A DNA stretch of 64,000 nucleotides from an uncultured Clostridia bacterium. GTDB taxonomy: Bacteria > Bacillota > Clostridia > Christensenellales > CAG-917. Position numbers and translations under genes: made by a program. Positions 55,586 to 64,000 of the stretch are shown here, one piece after another. Where the stretch lies: positions 575-64,574 of the forward strand of contig CANRBM010000001.1 in assembly GCA_947628855.1 (NCBI GenBank), read 5' to 3'. Within the stretch, counting starts at the first letter, position 1. Each line of letters begins with the position of its first letter. A model generated the notes under the pieces. The model saw nothing but the letters and a program-made list of their open reading frames with translations. It made no database searches and was not told where the DNA came from.

Positions 55586-56113
55586 GTGGGCTACGCGCCC
55601 ACACTGCGGCAAGGGGTTTCGTCGCCCCATGCAGGGCTGCGAGCCCTGCACCTCGGCAAGGGACTTCGTCCCCTGCACCCCAAACTAAAAACGCGAGCTA
55701 GGCAAATTCTTGCCGTCGCTCGCGTTTTTGATTGTTTGCAAGTGACAAAACTCCTGTGTGAGAGCTTGATATTGACGGACGCTTTGTCCGAGTTATTAAC
55801 GTTACCTTTTGTCTGAGCATCATCGGGGTCCCCATAAAATTGCGTAGCGATTTTATGGGGTAAATAATCGGGGTTCCCATAAAATTGCGTAGTGATTTTA
55901 TGGGGTATAACAGGGGGATTCCTCGACTACGCTCGGAATGACAATGTAATATATGAGGATTCCTCGACTTCGCTGCGCTTCGCTCGGAATGACAAGTTAT
56001 AATTCCTGTCATGTTGAGCGATACGGGGTCCCCATAGAAATGAGCGTAGCGAATTTTATGGGGTATAGGATACGGGGTCCCCACAAAAGATGAAATATTT
56101 TTGTTTTAAGTCT
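55586..56113. repeat. intergenic modular hairpin repeat cluster (copy 6), inverted relative to copy 5
   Basis: Element A-variant(+), linker, two ccccataaaattgcgtag.gattttatgggg hairpins, three ggattcctcgac...ctcggaatgaca modules and further hairpins. Confidence 0.85.
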
Positions 56114-56169
56114 CGGCTCGGCATTCACCCGAGGCGGAGACGGGCGCATAAGATATGGCGAGGTGGACT

Positions 56170-57189
56170 ATGGAAAGATATTTTCTCGGCAACAATACGG
56201 CATACGGTTTTCAAGGATACTACGAGGAGACGCTCAGGAGCGTTGACCCCGTGATCTTGCTCAAGGGCGGACCCGGTACGGGCAAGTCCAACATGCTCAA
56301 AAAGATAGCGGCGGACGCGCGCGACAAGGGCTATGACGTCGAGCTTTGGTACTGCTCCGGCGACCCCGCGAGTCTGGACGGCGTGTATGTCAAACAGCTG
56401 AATGCCGCGGTCGTGGACGCTACGGCTCCGCATGCGACGGGCGCAGACCTGCCAATGATAAAGGACTATATTTTCGATCTCGCAAGCAGTCTCTCGCACG
56501 ACAAGCTTGTGGAGAATAGGGACGAGATCGAGGCGCTACTTTCGCGCAAAAAGGCGAGTTTTTTGAGGGCATATCAGCATTTGAGGCTTGCAAAGTGCCA
56601 TAAGGACAACATATTTGAGCTCGAGGCGCGAGGTGTGAACGAGACGGAATTGCGCGCGTATGCGGCGGTGCTCGCGGCAGGACTTCGGGACGGCGGACAG
56701 AGCGCACGCGGCGGCGGACATAGGAGACTGTTTACACGGGCGATAAGTCCGGAGGGTGAGAGCGCGTATTTCGACCACCTGCGCGGGCGCAAGGTGTACC
56801 GCGTGATTGGCGGCGAGTACGCCTCGGCGATATTCATGAACGAGCTGGCGGGGCTGCTGCCGTCGGGCATGCTCATCCTCGATCCGCTTGAACCGTCCGT
56901 TGTGGAAGGGATAGCGTTGAAGGACGCGGTCGTTACGCGCGAGGTAGGGCACTTTTCGGGCGAGGTGTACGAAAACATCAATCTTGGCGTGTACGAAAAC
57001 GGCGCGGACAAGGACGCCGTGCAGGAGGAACAAAACAGCATGCTCATCGAGATCGCGTTCGCAAAAGAAAAACTGAACAGGGCGCGCGAGGCGCATTTGA
57101 GCGCGGAAAGGTATTTCGTCGCCGCAATGGACTTCGACAACAACGCGAAAATATGCGCGCAGATAGAAAAACTACTGACATTAAAGTAA
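56170..57189 (+). CDS. P-loop NTPase, resembling the PRK06851-type ATPases of spore-forming Firmicutes
   Basis: MERYFLGNNTAYGF...LLKGGPGTGKS...CSGDPASLDG...DATAPH. AGGTGG RBS before the ATG at 56170. Family assignment is from memory. Confidence 0.6.
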   Translation: MERYFLGNNTAYGFQGYYEETLRSVDPVILLKGGPGTGKSNMLKKIAADARDKGYDVELWYCSGDPASLDGVYVKQLNAAVVDATAPHATGADLPMIKDYIFDLASSLSHDKLVENRDEIEALLSRKKASFLRAYQHLRLAKCHKDNIFELEARGVNETELRAYAAVLAAGLRDGGQSARGGGHRRLFTRAISPEGESAYFDHLRGRKVYRVIGGEYASAIFMNELAGLLPSGMLILDPLEPSVVEGIALKDAVVTREVGHFSGEVYENINLGVYENGADKDAVQEEQNSMLIEIAFAKEKLNRAREAHLSAERYFVAAMDFDNNAKICAQIEKLLTLK

Positions 57190-57209
57190 AAATATACAAA
57201 AACGAAAGT

Positions 57210-57250
57210 ATGCCCGACGCGGCTTTTAAGGTCGCGTCGGGCATTTTGGT
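57210..57250 (+). terminator. intrinsic terminator
   Basis: 12-bp stem atgcccgacgcg/cgcgtcgggcat, then tttggtgctttttt. Confidence 0.7.
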
Positions 57251-57299
57251 GCTTTTTTGATGATAAACATAGGGTCATGGCGAGTACATCTCAGACATA

Positions 57300-57612
57300 G
57301 TTATTGAAAGACCCAACCTCTCCCTTCGTTACGTGCAGCGATGAGTCGGGTATTAGTATTGGCATAACGTTCCGCCACACTGCACTCAGGACTCCCCTCC
57401 CTCTCCGTACTCACTAACGGTTTGCGCTCGAGCGCAAACACAGCCCAAACGTTACGCCGCGGCAGGGCGGGAAGGGGCTGCGCTCGCTCACCGCGCTACG
57501 TCGTGCAGGCAAGCCTGCAATTATGCCACTTGTTCGGGCGGAAATAAATGAGAGCCCCGCCCTCACTGCGTACTATTATCTATCCCGCTTGCTCCGCGAT
57601 ATCGCTCGGACA
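57300..57612. repeat. intergenic modular repeat cluster (copy 7), overlapping the dapA 3' end
   Basis: Inverted, rearranged copy of modules at 30381-30440 and 30706-30960. Confidence 0.8.
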
Positions 57613-58483
57613 CGGCAAAGACCGCATGTAATAAGTCATCCACGAGTTTTTTATGCGCGGGCTCGAGTGGGGTGAGGGGCAGGCGTACGCTGCCGTCGCC
57701 GAAACCGAGGCGGGACGCGGCGTATTTGACGGGGATAGGGTTGACCTCGGAGAATAGCGCGTCCACGGCGGGCATGAGTTCGAGCTGCAATTTGGCGGCG
57801 GGGGTGAAGTCTCCGCTCAAGCAGAGAGATGTCATTTTTGACACCTGCGTCGGGAAAATATTGCTTGCGACGCTTATTACGCCCACGCCTCCGAGCGCCA
57901 TTACGGGCACGGTCATTCCGTCGTCGCCGCTGTATACGGCGCCGTAGCCCGCCTCGCCGACGCACTTTGCGATCTGCTGGATGTTGCCGCTCGCCTCCTT
58001 TATGCCGACTATGCCTTTCACCTCTCTGAAAAGCCGTCCGAATGTGGACGGGAGCATGTTTACGCCCGTGCGCGAGGGCACGTTGTAGCAGATGACGGGA
58101 AGGGCGGTCGCCTCGCATATCGCGCGGTAGTGCTCGAAGAGCCCTTGCTGCGTGCATTTATTGTAGTAGGGCGTGACGATGAGCGCCGCGTCTGCGCCCA
58201 TATCCTCGGCGCGTTTGCACTCTTCCGCCGCGACGCGCGTACAGTTTGAGCCACAACCGACTATTATTTTCAGCTTGCCTTTGAGCTTTTTTACGGTGCG
58301 GGATATTATGAGCGCGCGCTCTTCGCTTGTGAGCGTGGCGGGTTCGCCCGTAGTGCCAAGCGCGACGACGGCGTCTACTCCGCCATCGAGTTGAAAGTCG
58401 AGAAGTCTCTCGTATGCGTCGATATCCACCTCGCCGCCCTTGAATGGTGTGATGAGCGCGGTCGCTGTGCCTTTGAATATCAT
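57563..58483 (-). CDS. dapA: 4-hydroxy-tetrahydrodipicolinate synthase
   Basis: MIFKGTATALITPF, GTTGE, active-site Lys context GIKEASG. ATGA start/stop overlap with asd; GGAGG RBS. Confidence 0.92.
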   Translation of the reverse strand: MIFKGTATALITPFKGGEVDIDAYERLLDFQLDGGVDAVVALGTTGEPATLTSEERALIISRTVKKLKGKLKIIVGCGSNCTRVAAEECKRAEDMGADAALIVTPYYNKCTQQGLFEHYRAICEATALPVICYNVPSRTGVNMLPSTFGRLFREVKGIVGIKEASGNIQQIAKCVGEAGYGAVYSGDDGMTVPVMALGGVGVISVASNIFPTQVSKMTSLCLSGDFTPAAKLQLELMPAVDALFSEVNPIPVKYAASRLGFGDGSVRLPLTPLEPAHKKLVDDLLHAVFAVSERYRGASGIDNSTQ

Positions 58484-59487
58484 ATTTCGCCTCCCGTAAG
58501 CAGTTCGAGTATCTGCACGGCGTTGAGCGCCGCGCCCTTCAGCAGGTTGTCCGCGACTACCCACATGTTTATGCCGCTTTTTACGCTGTCGTCAAGCCGC
58601 ACCCTGCCCACAAATACCTCGTCCTTGCCGCTCGCCGTAATAGGCATGGGATAGAGGGCACGGGATGGGTCGTCAACGAGGGTCACGCCCTTTGCCTCTG
58701 ACAGCACTTTCTTGACATCTTCAAGTGTGCACTTTTGCACGAATTCGACGTTTATCGACTCACTATGGGCGTTAAACACCGGAACTCGCGCAGTTGTCGC
58801 CGTGACCTTGAGGTCGGGACGGTGCAAGATCTTACGCGTTTCCACGATCATTTTCCACTCCTCTTTGGTGTAGCCGTCCTCCAAAAATATGTCGATGTGC
58901 GGAAGGATGTTGCCTGCGATGGGATAGGGAAATTTTTCGAGAGTCGGGTCGCCTTTAAGCCCGTTTTCAAGGTCGCGTATGCCGCGTATGCCCGCGCCCG
59001 ATACGGCTTGATAGGTGCTGTATACGACGCGCTCTATTTTGAAAGCGTCGTCGAGGGGTTTGAGCGCTACGACCGCCTGTATGGTCGAGCAGTTGGGGTT
59101 TGCGATTATGCCGCTTGCCCACTTGACGTCATCGGGGTTGACCTCCGGCACGACGAGCGGCACGTCGGGATGCTGTCTCCACTGCGCGCTGTTGTCTATG
59201 ACCGTCGCCCCCGCGCGCACAAATACGGGCGCAAATTTTTCGGATACGGCGCCGCCCGCCGAAAACAGCGCGTATTGCACCTTGCCTTCGAGAGCCATGA
59301 CGTTTTGCTCCGTCAACTCTGTCACCTCTATATCCCGCCCGAAACAGTTTAATACGTTCCCCGCGCTCCGCTTCGACGCGAAGAGATAGCACTCCCCGAC
59401 GGGGAAGTCCCGCCGCTCAAGCACTTCTACGAATTTTCTGCCTACGACGCCTGTGGCGCCGACTATAGCGATATTGTATTTTTCCAT
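58480..59487 (-). CDS. asd: aspartate-semialdehyde dehydrogenase
   Basis: IAIVGATGVVG and active-site NPNCSTI. The ATG at 59487 follows GGAGG; the track ORF starts at 59547. Confidence 0.92.
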   Translation of the reverse strand: MEKYNIAIVGATGVVGRKFVEVLERRDFPVGECYLFASKRSAGNVLNCFGRDIEVTELTEQNVMALEGKVQYALFSAGGAVSEKFAPVFVRAGATVIDNSAQWRQHPDVPLVVPEVNPDDVKWASGIIANPNCSTIQAVVALKPLDDAFKIERVVYSTYQAVSGAGIRGIRDLENGLKGDPTLEKFPYPIAGNILPHIDIFLEDGYTKEEWKMIVETRKILHRPDLKVTATTARVPVFNAHSESINVEFVQKCTLEDVKKVLSEAKGVTLVDDPSRALYPMPITASGKDEVFVGRVRLDDSVKSGINMWVVADNLLKGAALNAVQILELLTGGEI

Positions 59488-59543
59488 AATGCCTCCCAAA
59501 CAATTTATGCAAGGAGAGCACGGATAGTGAGCCGCGCACACTA

Positions 59544-60698
59544 TCAAGCGGCTTCCTTGACGGTCAATTTCACTTCGGGGGTGAAGGAGAGTGTGGAAAG
59601 GCAGTCGCGCTCGAGGGATCTGCCGACGGACTGGTAGGCTTTCGCTTGCAAGCCGAGGAAGTCGATGCCTGTCTCAAGGGAGACGGCGAAAAGCTTTTCC
59701 ATGCGCGCGGTGAGCTGTTTTCCTAGAGCGGTCGCGGCGTTTTTGATGAGGGGGCTTGCGCCTGTCAATATCTCGTCGCTATCTACGAATTGATAGTCGA
59801 GAAGGTCAACTTTGAGCTCGATAGAGGCGGAGATATCGCGCCCCTTTGCGGAGGTATTTACGCTCTTGTCGAGTATGCGGAACTCGAAAGACGTGCCGTC
59901 CTCCGCGGTGTAGTTGAGCGAGCCGTATGTCGTGGTGGACAGGTAGATGGAGAGTATTTCGCTCAGCTCGTCGTCGAGGACGCGGCAGTCGCTATGGTCG
60001 AAAACGAGCACTTTGGACATGTCGAATTGATAGTTGCCCTTCAGCTCCTCTTTTTCGTCCTGCGGCTGGTCCTCTAGCTTGACGGGGACTATATAGGGGA
60101 TAGCGGTCGCCTCGCTGCGCGAAAGGGAGCGGGCAAGCAGGTCCTTTGCTGTCGTCTCTATCAGCCCGTCCGTGCCCTCGTTGTTGACTATGGCGGTCTG
60201 CAAAAAGTAGGGAGAACTTATGGTCGTGCTTATGCGGGTGGAGAGCATCTCCTTCGGCGGGAGGGAGCCGGTGACGATTATTGCCTGCTCGCGCAAAGCG
60301 TACATCGCGATGAGCGGATATATTGTCTGCATATGGTCGGGCTTGAGCGCCGATTGTGACATAAAGAGCACTTCACAGTGCGCAAGCGATACAATTAAAC
60401 CCATTTTCTGCGAAATGTCGTCCAAAGCGGATGACACGGTGTTGCCTTTCGCGGTGAATACGTCGAAACGCTGTCCGCCCGTCCCGCTGGTATTGGAGAG
60501 CATCTGTACGGACTGAGTCGTGACCTCGAACTCACGCGTCTTTTCGTCAAAATCCACGCCGACGCCTACGACTATGGCCGTCTTTGTGAGCGCGGGAGAG
60601 TTTACGGTGCGCCCGAATATCAAAAGCAGGGTGACCGCAAGCAGTACGACTATCCACTTTGTGCGCAGGGCGTATGAGGTGACGTTGAACTTTTTCAT
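59544..60698 (-). CDS. Ger(x)C-family spore germination protein
   Basis: Position and length fit. N-terminal hydrophobic anchor followed by AIVVGVGVD. 4-nt overlap with the upstream gene. Confidence 0.75.
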   Translation of the reverse strand: MKKFNVTSYALRTKWIVVLLAVTLLLIFGRTVNSPALTKTAIVVGVGVDFDEKTREFEVTTQSVQMLSNTSGTGGQRFDVFTAKGNTVSSALDDISQKMGLIVSLAHCEVLFMSQSALKPDHMQTIYPLIAMYALREQAIIVTGSLPPKEMLSTRISTTISSPYFLQTAIVNNEGTDGLIETTAKDLLARSLSRSEATAIPYIVPVKLEDQPQDEKEELKGNYQFDMSKVLVFDHSDCRVLDDELSEILSIYLSTTTYGSLNYTAEDGTSFEFRILDKSVNTSAKGRDISASIELKVDLLDYQFVDSDEILTGASPLIKNAATALGKQLTARMEKLFAVSLETGIDFLGLQAKAYQSVGRSLERDCLSTLSFTPEVKLTVKEAA

Positions 60699-61945
60699 GA
60701 GTCCTCCTCTGCCTTTAGCGAGCCGTTGTCAAGCGCGTCGAATTTGCTTTCCGCCTGCATTTTGAAACCGTCCATTATGTTGTCCGCGAGGCTGGCGGGA
60801 GGCTCGGGATAGGGCAGTTCGCGAGGGACGTATTCGTCGTCGAGACAGTTGTATATGCCCGCGTATTTGTATTTTGCGTACAGCGCCGTTGCAAGCATAA
60901 ATACGGGGACGGCTACGGCGAGCGCGCTCAGTGCATAGCCCATTTGCCGCGTGGAAAACTCCGCTACGGACTGCGAGGAAGGCACTACGGCGATAATTAT
61001 TATCACGGCGAGCGGGAAGAGTATGACCGCGGGCAGGCGGCTCTCCACGGCGCGGTCGCATGCGGCGGTCGCTCCGAAATAAATGAAGGAGAGGGAGAGT
61101 ATGGATACGGATACCGCGGCGAAGAGGTTTGTCCACTCCATGCGGCCTATATCCATAGACAGGCGATTGAATCCCGCCATGTGTATGAGAAGGTCGGAGA
61201 CCATGCGCAGAGAGTCGCCGTATGCCGCGACGCCCAGCATTACGGTGATGAGCACGGTCGCGAGCGTGAGCGCTATACTGCCCGTGATGTAGGGCAAGCG
61301 CTTGTTTTTTATGCGCAAAAACGCGAAGGGTATGGCGTCGCCCAGCCACAGCCCGAAACGCGGCAGATTTTTGAAGAAGTCCACGGGCTCCATAGAGAAT
61401 ATAGGCAAGTTGCGCCCAAAATCGTGATTTGTGTCGAAAAAGACGAGGTTGAAAACTATAAGCACGAAAAATACGGGGATCAATATCTCCGTCGTGCGCG
61501 CTATCGTGCGAGAGCCCTTTATGCCGAGGTATATTGCGGGCGAGAGGAAGAGCAGATAGAGCAGGGATGGCTCCACGCCGCCGAAAAGCTCGCGGGCGAG
61601 GTAGGATACGCAATAGCAAAAGTAGAAGGTGCCCTTGAGTATGAGCCATACGCTTGCAAAGGCGCAGCAAATGCGGTAGGGCTTTGACGCCGTGCAGCGG
61701 AGCAGGTCGTCGCCGCGCATGCGTACAAAGGCGAATATAAAGACGGTCAGCAAAAGCTCCACAGCGGACATCGCAATAAACGCCCAAAGCGTGGAGGAGC
61801 CGTACTCCCCGCTTATCACGCCCGGCGCTGCGGACAGCTTGAAGGCTATGCCTATCGCAAATATGAGGAAGCCCGCTTGAGAGTTGTACACAGTGCCCGA
61901 AGGCAGGTTTTTGTATATCCCATGTTGTATTTTTACGTTTTTCAT
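60695..61945 (-). CDS. GerAB/GerKB-type spore germination permease (APC superfamily)
   Basis: A roughly 10-TM protein sitting between the GerA-type and GerC-type genes. Confidence 0.8.
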   Translation of the reverse strand: MKNVKIQHGIYKNLPSGTVYNSQAGFLIFAIGIAFKLSAAPGVISGEYGSSTLWAFIAMSAVELLLTVFIFAFVRMRGDDLLRCTASKPYRICCAFASVWLILKGTFYFCYCVSYLARELFGGVEPSLLYLLFLSPAIYLGIKGSRTIARTTEILIPVFFVLIVFNLVFFDTNHDFGRNLPIFSMEPVDFFKNLPRFGLWLGDAIPFAFLRIKNKRLPYITGSIALTLATVLITVMLGVAAYGDSLRMVSDLLIHMAGFNRLSMDIGRMEWTNLFAAVSVSILSLSFIYFGATAACDRAVESRLPAVILFPLAVIIIIAVVPSSQSVAEFSTRQMGYALSALAVAVPVFMLATALYAKYKYAGIYNCLDDEYVPRELPYPEPPASLADNIMDGFKMQAESKFDALDNGSLKAEEDS

Positions 61946-61960
61946 ATATGCCTCTATGCC

Positions 61961-63391
61961 TCAGTGTTTGCGTATGCGTGTGCGGTTGGCGGTGGGAATG
62001 GAGTAGGGTCTGTCCACCATGGATACGGTGCCGACTTTGAGTACGGCGTCCTGCAGGTCGGGATTTATGCGCGGCGCATACGGCGAGAGGTAGGGCGTGC
62101 CGAAGTTGTCAAGGGAGCTCAGATATCCGATTATCACTATCGCCAATATTACCATGCCCACAAAGCCCGTTACCGCGCTTATAAGCAGGAAGAGCAGGCG
62201 CAAAATTGATATCGTACCCACCTGGTCGGGAACGCAGAATATGCCTATCGCGCTCAAGGCTATGACAAGCACGGACGGCGAGGAGATGAGCCCCGACTTG
62301 ACCGCTGTGTCGCCCAGCACTATCGCGCCTACGACGGACAGGGATATGCCGAGATAGCGCGGCATGCGTATGGACGCTTGATTTAGCACCTCGAAGAGCA
62401 TGAGCACTATGAGCATCTCTATCGCGGGCGGGAAGGGGATGCCCGTCGTCGCCGCCATGAGCGTCATCAAAAATTTCAGCGGCAACAGCTGCAGATGGAA
62501 GGTCTGCAGCGCGATATATGCCCCGGGGAGCAGTACCGTGAGCAGCGCGCCGATTATGCGGAACATGCGTATCATGGACGCGCGCCAATCCCCGGAATAG
62601 TAGTCGTAGCCGTCTTGCACATCCTCGAAAATGAGGTAGGGAAGAGTTATCACGATGGGCGAGCCGTCCACTATTATCGCGACGCGCCCTTCGAGTAGTT
62701 TTGCGCTAACTACGTCCGGTTTTTCCGACGTCCCCGCCTGCAAAAAGAAGGAAGTGCGCTTTGCCTGTACGAAGGACAGCACGTACGCGCTGTCTATCAC
62801 GCCGTCTATGTCTATTTTGCTTATCTTTTCATATATCTGCTTTATGACCTGCCTGTCCGCTACGCCGCGTATGTGCAGTACCGCGACGGACGTCGTGGAA
62901 TATCTGCCCACTTGAAAAGTGCGTATGACAAGGTCGGGAGTCTTGAGGCGGCGGCGCATCATGGAAAGGTTTGTCTTTATCTCCTCTATGAAACCCTCGC
63001 GCGGCCCCTTGAGCACGCTGGAGGTGGGAGGCTCCGTGATGGAGCGCTTTTCGGGCTTGCGCAGAGAGTAGACGAAGGCGTCCTCCTCGCCGTCTATAAA
63101 GAGCACGGCGTCCCCTTCCGCGATGGGACCGGGAGCGCTTATGACGGGCACGGGTACCGCCGTCTCCGAAAAGCATACCGTGCGCTCGAGAGAGTCCGTA
63201 TACGGCTTTGGAAACTCGCTCGCCGCGATAAGCGGTTTCAATATGCTTTGTTCAAACAGCTCGCGGTCTATGCCGCCGTCGATATACGCAAACGCCGCGC
63301 GCACTCCCGCTATGGTCAGTTCGCGTATTTTGAGGTCGTCGCTGAATGAAAACGTCTGCTGCAGTTTTGAAATTGCGTCTTTAAGTTCCAC
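61961..63391 (-). CDS. GerAA/GerKA-type spore germination protein
   Basis: GerA-family blocks (RSITEP..., GPREGF.E, DGSP.VITLPY.F, C-terminal TM region). GTG start without an obvious Shine-Dalgarno (SD) sequence. Confidence 0.85.
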   Translation of the reverse strand: MELKDAISKLQQTFSFSDDLKIRELTIAGVRAAFAYIDGGIDRELFEQSILKPLIAASEFPKPYTDSLERTVCFSETAVPVPVISAPGPIAEGDAVLFIDGEEDAFVYSLRKPEKRSITEPPTSSVLKGPREGFIEEIKTNLSMMRRRLKTPDLVIRTFQVGRYSTTSVAVLHIRGVADRQVIKQIYEKISKIDIDGVIDSAYVLSFVQAKRTSFFLQAGTSEKPDVVSAKLLEGRVAIIVDGSPIVITLPYLIFEDVQDGYDYYSGDWRASMIRMFRIIGALLTVLLPGAYIALQTFHLQLLPLKFLMTLMAATTGIPFPPAIEMLIVLMLFEVLNQASIRMPRYLGISLSVVGAIVLGDTAVKSGLISSPSVLVIALSAIGIFCVPDQVGTISILRLLFLLISAVTGFVGMVILAIVIIGYLSSLDNFGTPYLSPYAPRINPDLQDAVLKVGTVSMVDRPYSIPTANRTRIRKH

Positions 63392-63569
63392 TTTGGCATT
63401 ATTGACAAAACGCGGAGTTTATACGCGCAAACGCGAAGTTAAACGTCTGATATTGCAATTTTCGACAAATTTTTGCAAATATCGGCGCCCTCCGCGTCGC
63501 GTCTGAGCCCGATTAAGCGCATATCGCTAAAAAAATATCGTTTTGCGGCAAAAAATTTTCATGTCGCTA

Positions 63570-63597
63570 TTGACAAACGCATATATTATGATAGAAT
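63570..63597 (+). promoter_or_regulatory. sigma-A-like promoter candidate
   Basis: TTGACA, 16-nt spacer, TAGAAT. Confidence 0.45.
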
Positions 63598-63674
63598 AAT
63601 CTATATTAATTTATCGATACGGAATTGCCTGCACTTTTCCATGCAGACATTTTGTATTTAAGGGGGATTTCAAT

Positions 63675-64000
63675 ATGGCAAATGCTTTGAAAAAAGGCAC
63701 TAAGATCCTTATCATAGTGCTCGTAGTGTTCGCGGTGCTCGCCGCCGTCGTTTTGGGCGTGGCGTTCGGCGTCATCAACAACCTTAAGTTTATGACTTAC
63801 ACTAAGTCTAAGCTAAATAAACTTGCGGATAATTATCCATCGCACGAAGTGGGCTTCATAGCGCATAGGGGGCTCAGCGTGGAAGAGTATCAAAACACCG
63901 TCGAGGCGTTCAGACGCGCCGCCGCGGACGAAGGCACCTGGGGAATTGAGACGGACATTTGGGCGACAAGCGACAGGGAGTTCGTGTGCATGCACGACAA
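63675..64000 (+). CDS. membrane-anchored glycerophosphodiester phosphodiesterase (5' fragment, runs off the window)
   Basis: Hand translation gives MANALKKGTKILIIVLVVF...IAHRGLSVEEYQNTVEAF...IETDIW (GDPD motifs). AGGGGG RBS. Confidence 0.75.
   Translation, partial: MANALKKGTKILIIVLVVFAVLAAVVLGVAFGVINNLKFMTYTKSKLNKLADNYPSHEVGFIAHRGLSVEEYQNTVEAFRRAAADEGTWGIETDIWATSDREFVCMHD

Noticed and set aside
55529-55678. Longer spoVFA ORF starting at 55678 (MQGTKSLAEVQGSQP...)
   Set aside because: The first 50 codons are a translation of repeat element A; the same peptide strings recur in ORFs at 28225-28476, 29149-30201 and 54178-54378. The alignment to DpaA begins at MKNNLTVHRTDERM.
63392-63470. SigG/SigF-type forespore promoter upstream of the gerA-like operon (GTATA...caataat on the minus strand)
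   Set aside because: The -35-like GTATA is present, but the -10 does not fit CATxxTA at the right spacing. This is too weak to report as a feature.
1-64000. tRNA, rRNA, tmRNA or other standard RNA genes in the intergenic regions
   Set aside because: Scanning the intergenic stretches by eye showed no tRNA-like T-arm/acceptor patterns (GTTCGAATC-type) and no rRNA-like sequence. Small ncRNAs cannot be excluded without covariance-model searches.

Overview
This window looks like a chromosomal segment of an endospore-forming Firmicute (Clostridia-like; exact taxon not determinable here). All calls come from reading the ORF track and the DNA; no searches were run.

Gene content, in order:
- a large lipoprotein with InlB-B repeats and BspA-type leucine-rich repeats (LRRs)
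- a minus-strand block: U32 peptidase and phosphoribosyltransferase, then histidine kinase, response regulator, EFR1-type ferredoxin and an SDR-family (short-chain dehydrogenase/reductase) oxidoreductase
- a complete S10-spc-alpha ribosomal protein cluster (rpsJ to rplQ, including secY, adk, map, infA, rpmJ and rpoA; 11.5-27.3 kb)
- a small membrane protein, class II fructose-bisphosphate aldolase and an M29 aminopeptidase
- a roughly 2760-aa subtilisin(S8)-LRR surface protein
- a lipoprotein followed by an Opp/Dpp-type ABC transporter in which every component is oversized
- a sporulation block: spoVFA/spoVFB, a P-loop ATPase, dapA, asd and a gerA-type germinant receptor operon
- the 5' end of a GDPD (glycerophosphodiester phosphodiesterase) gene

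No tRNA, rRNA, CRISPR array, transposase or integrase was seen.

The most interesting locus is an AT-rich ~2.4 kb island at 51.4-53.9 kb. It carries a translationally coupled pair: a Cof-type HAD hydrolase and a 507-aa protein. That protein's N-terminus matches the PF10137-type TIR-like effector domain (Cap12/PycTIR type), fused to an uncharacterised helical domain. No known signal-generating partner is nearby. I propose it as a candidate undescribed defence or nucleotide-depletion module.

The second notable feature is a modular family of hairpin repeats filling seven intergenic regions. These repeats carry terminator-like hairpins, bracket fba and spoVFAB as inverted composites, create spurious ORFs, and supply the 3' end of dapA.
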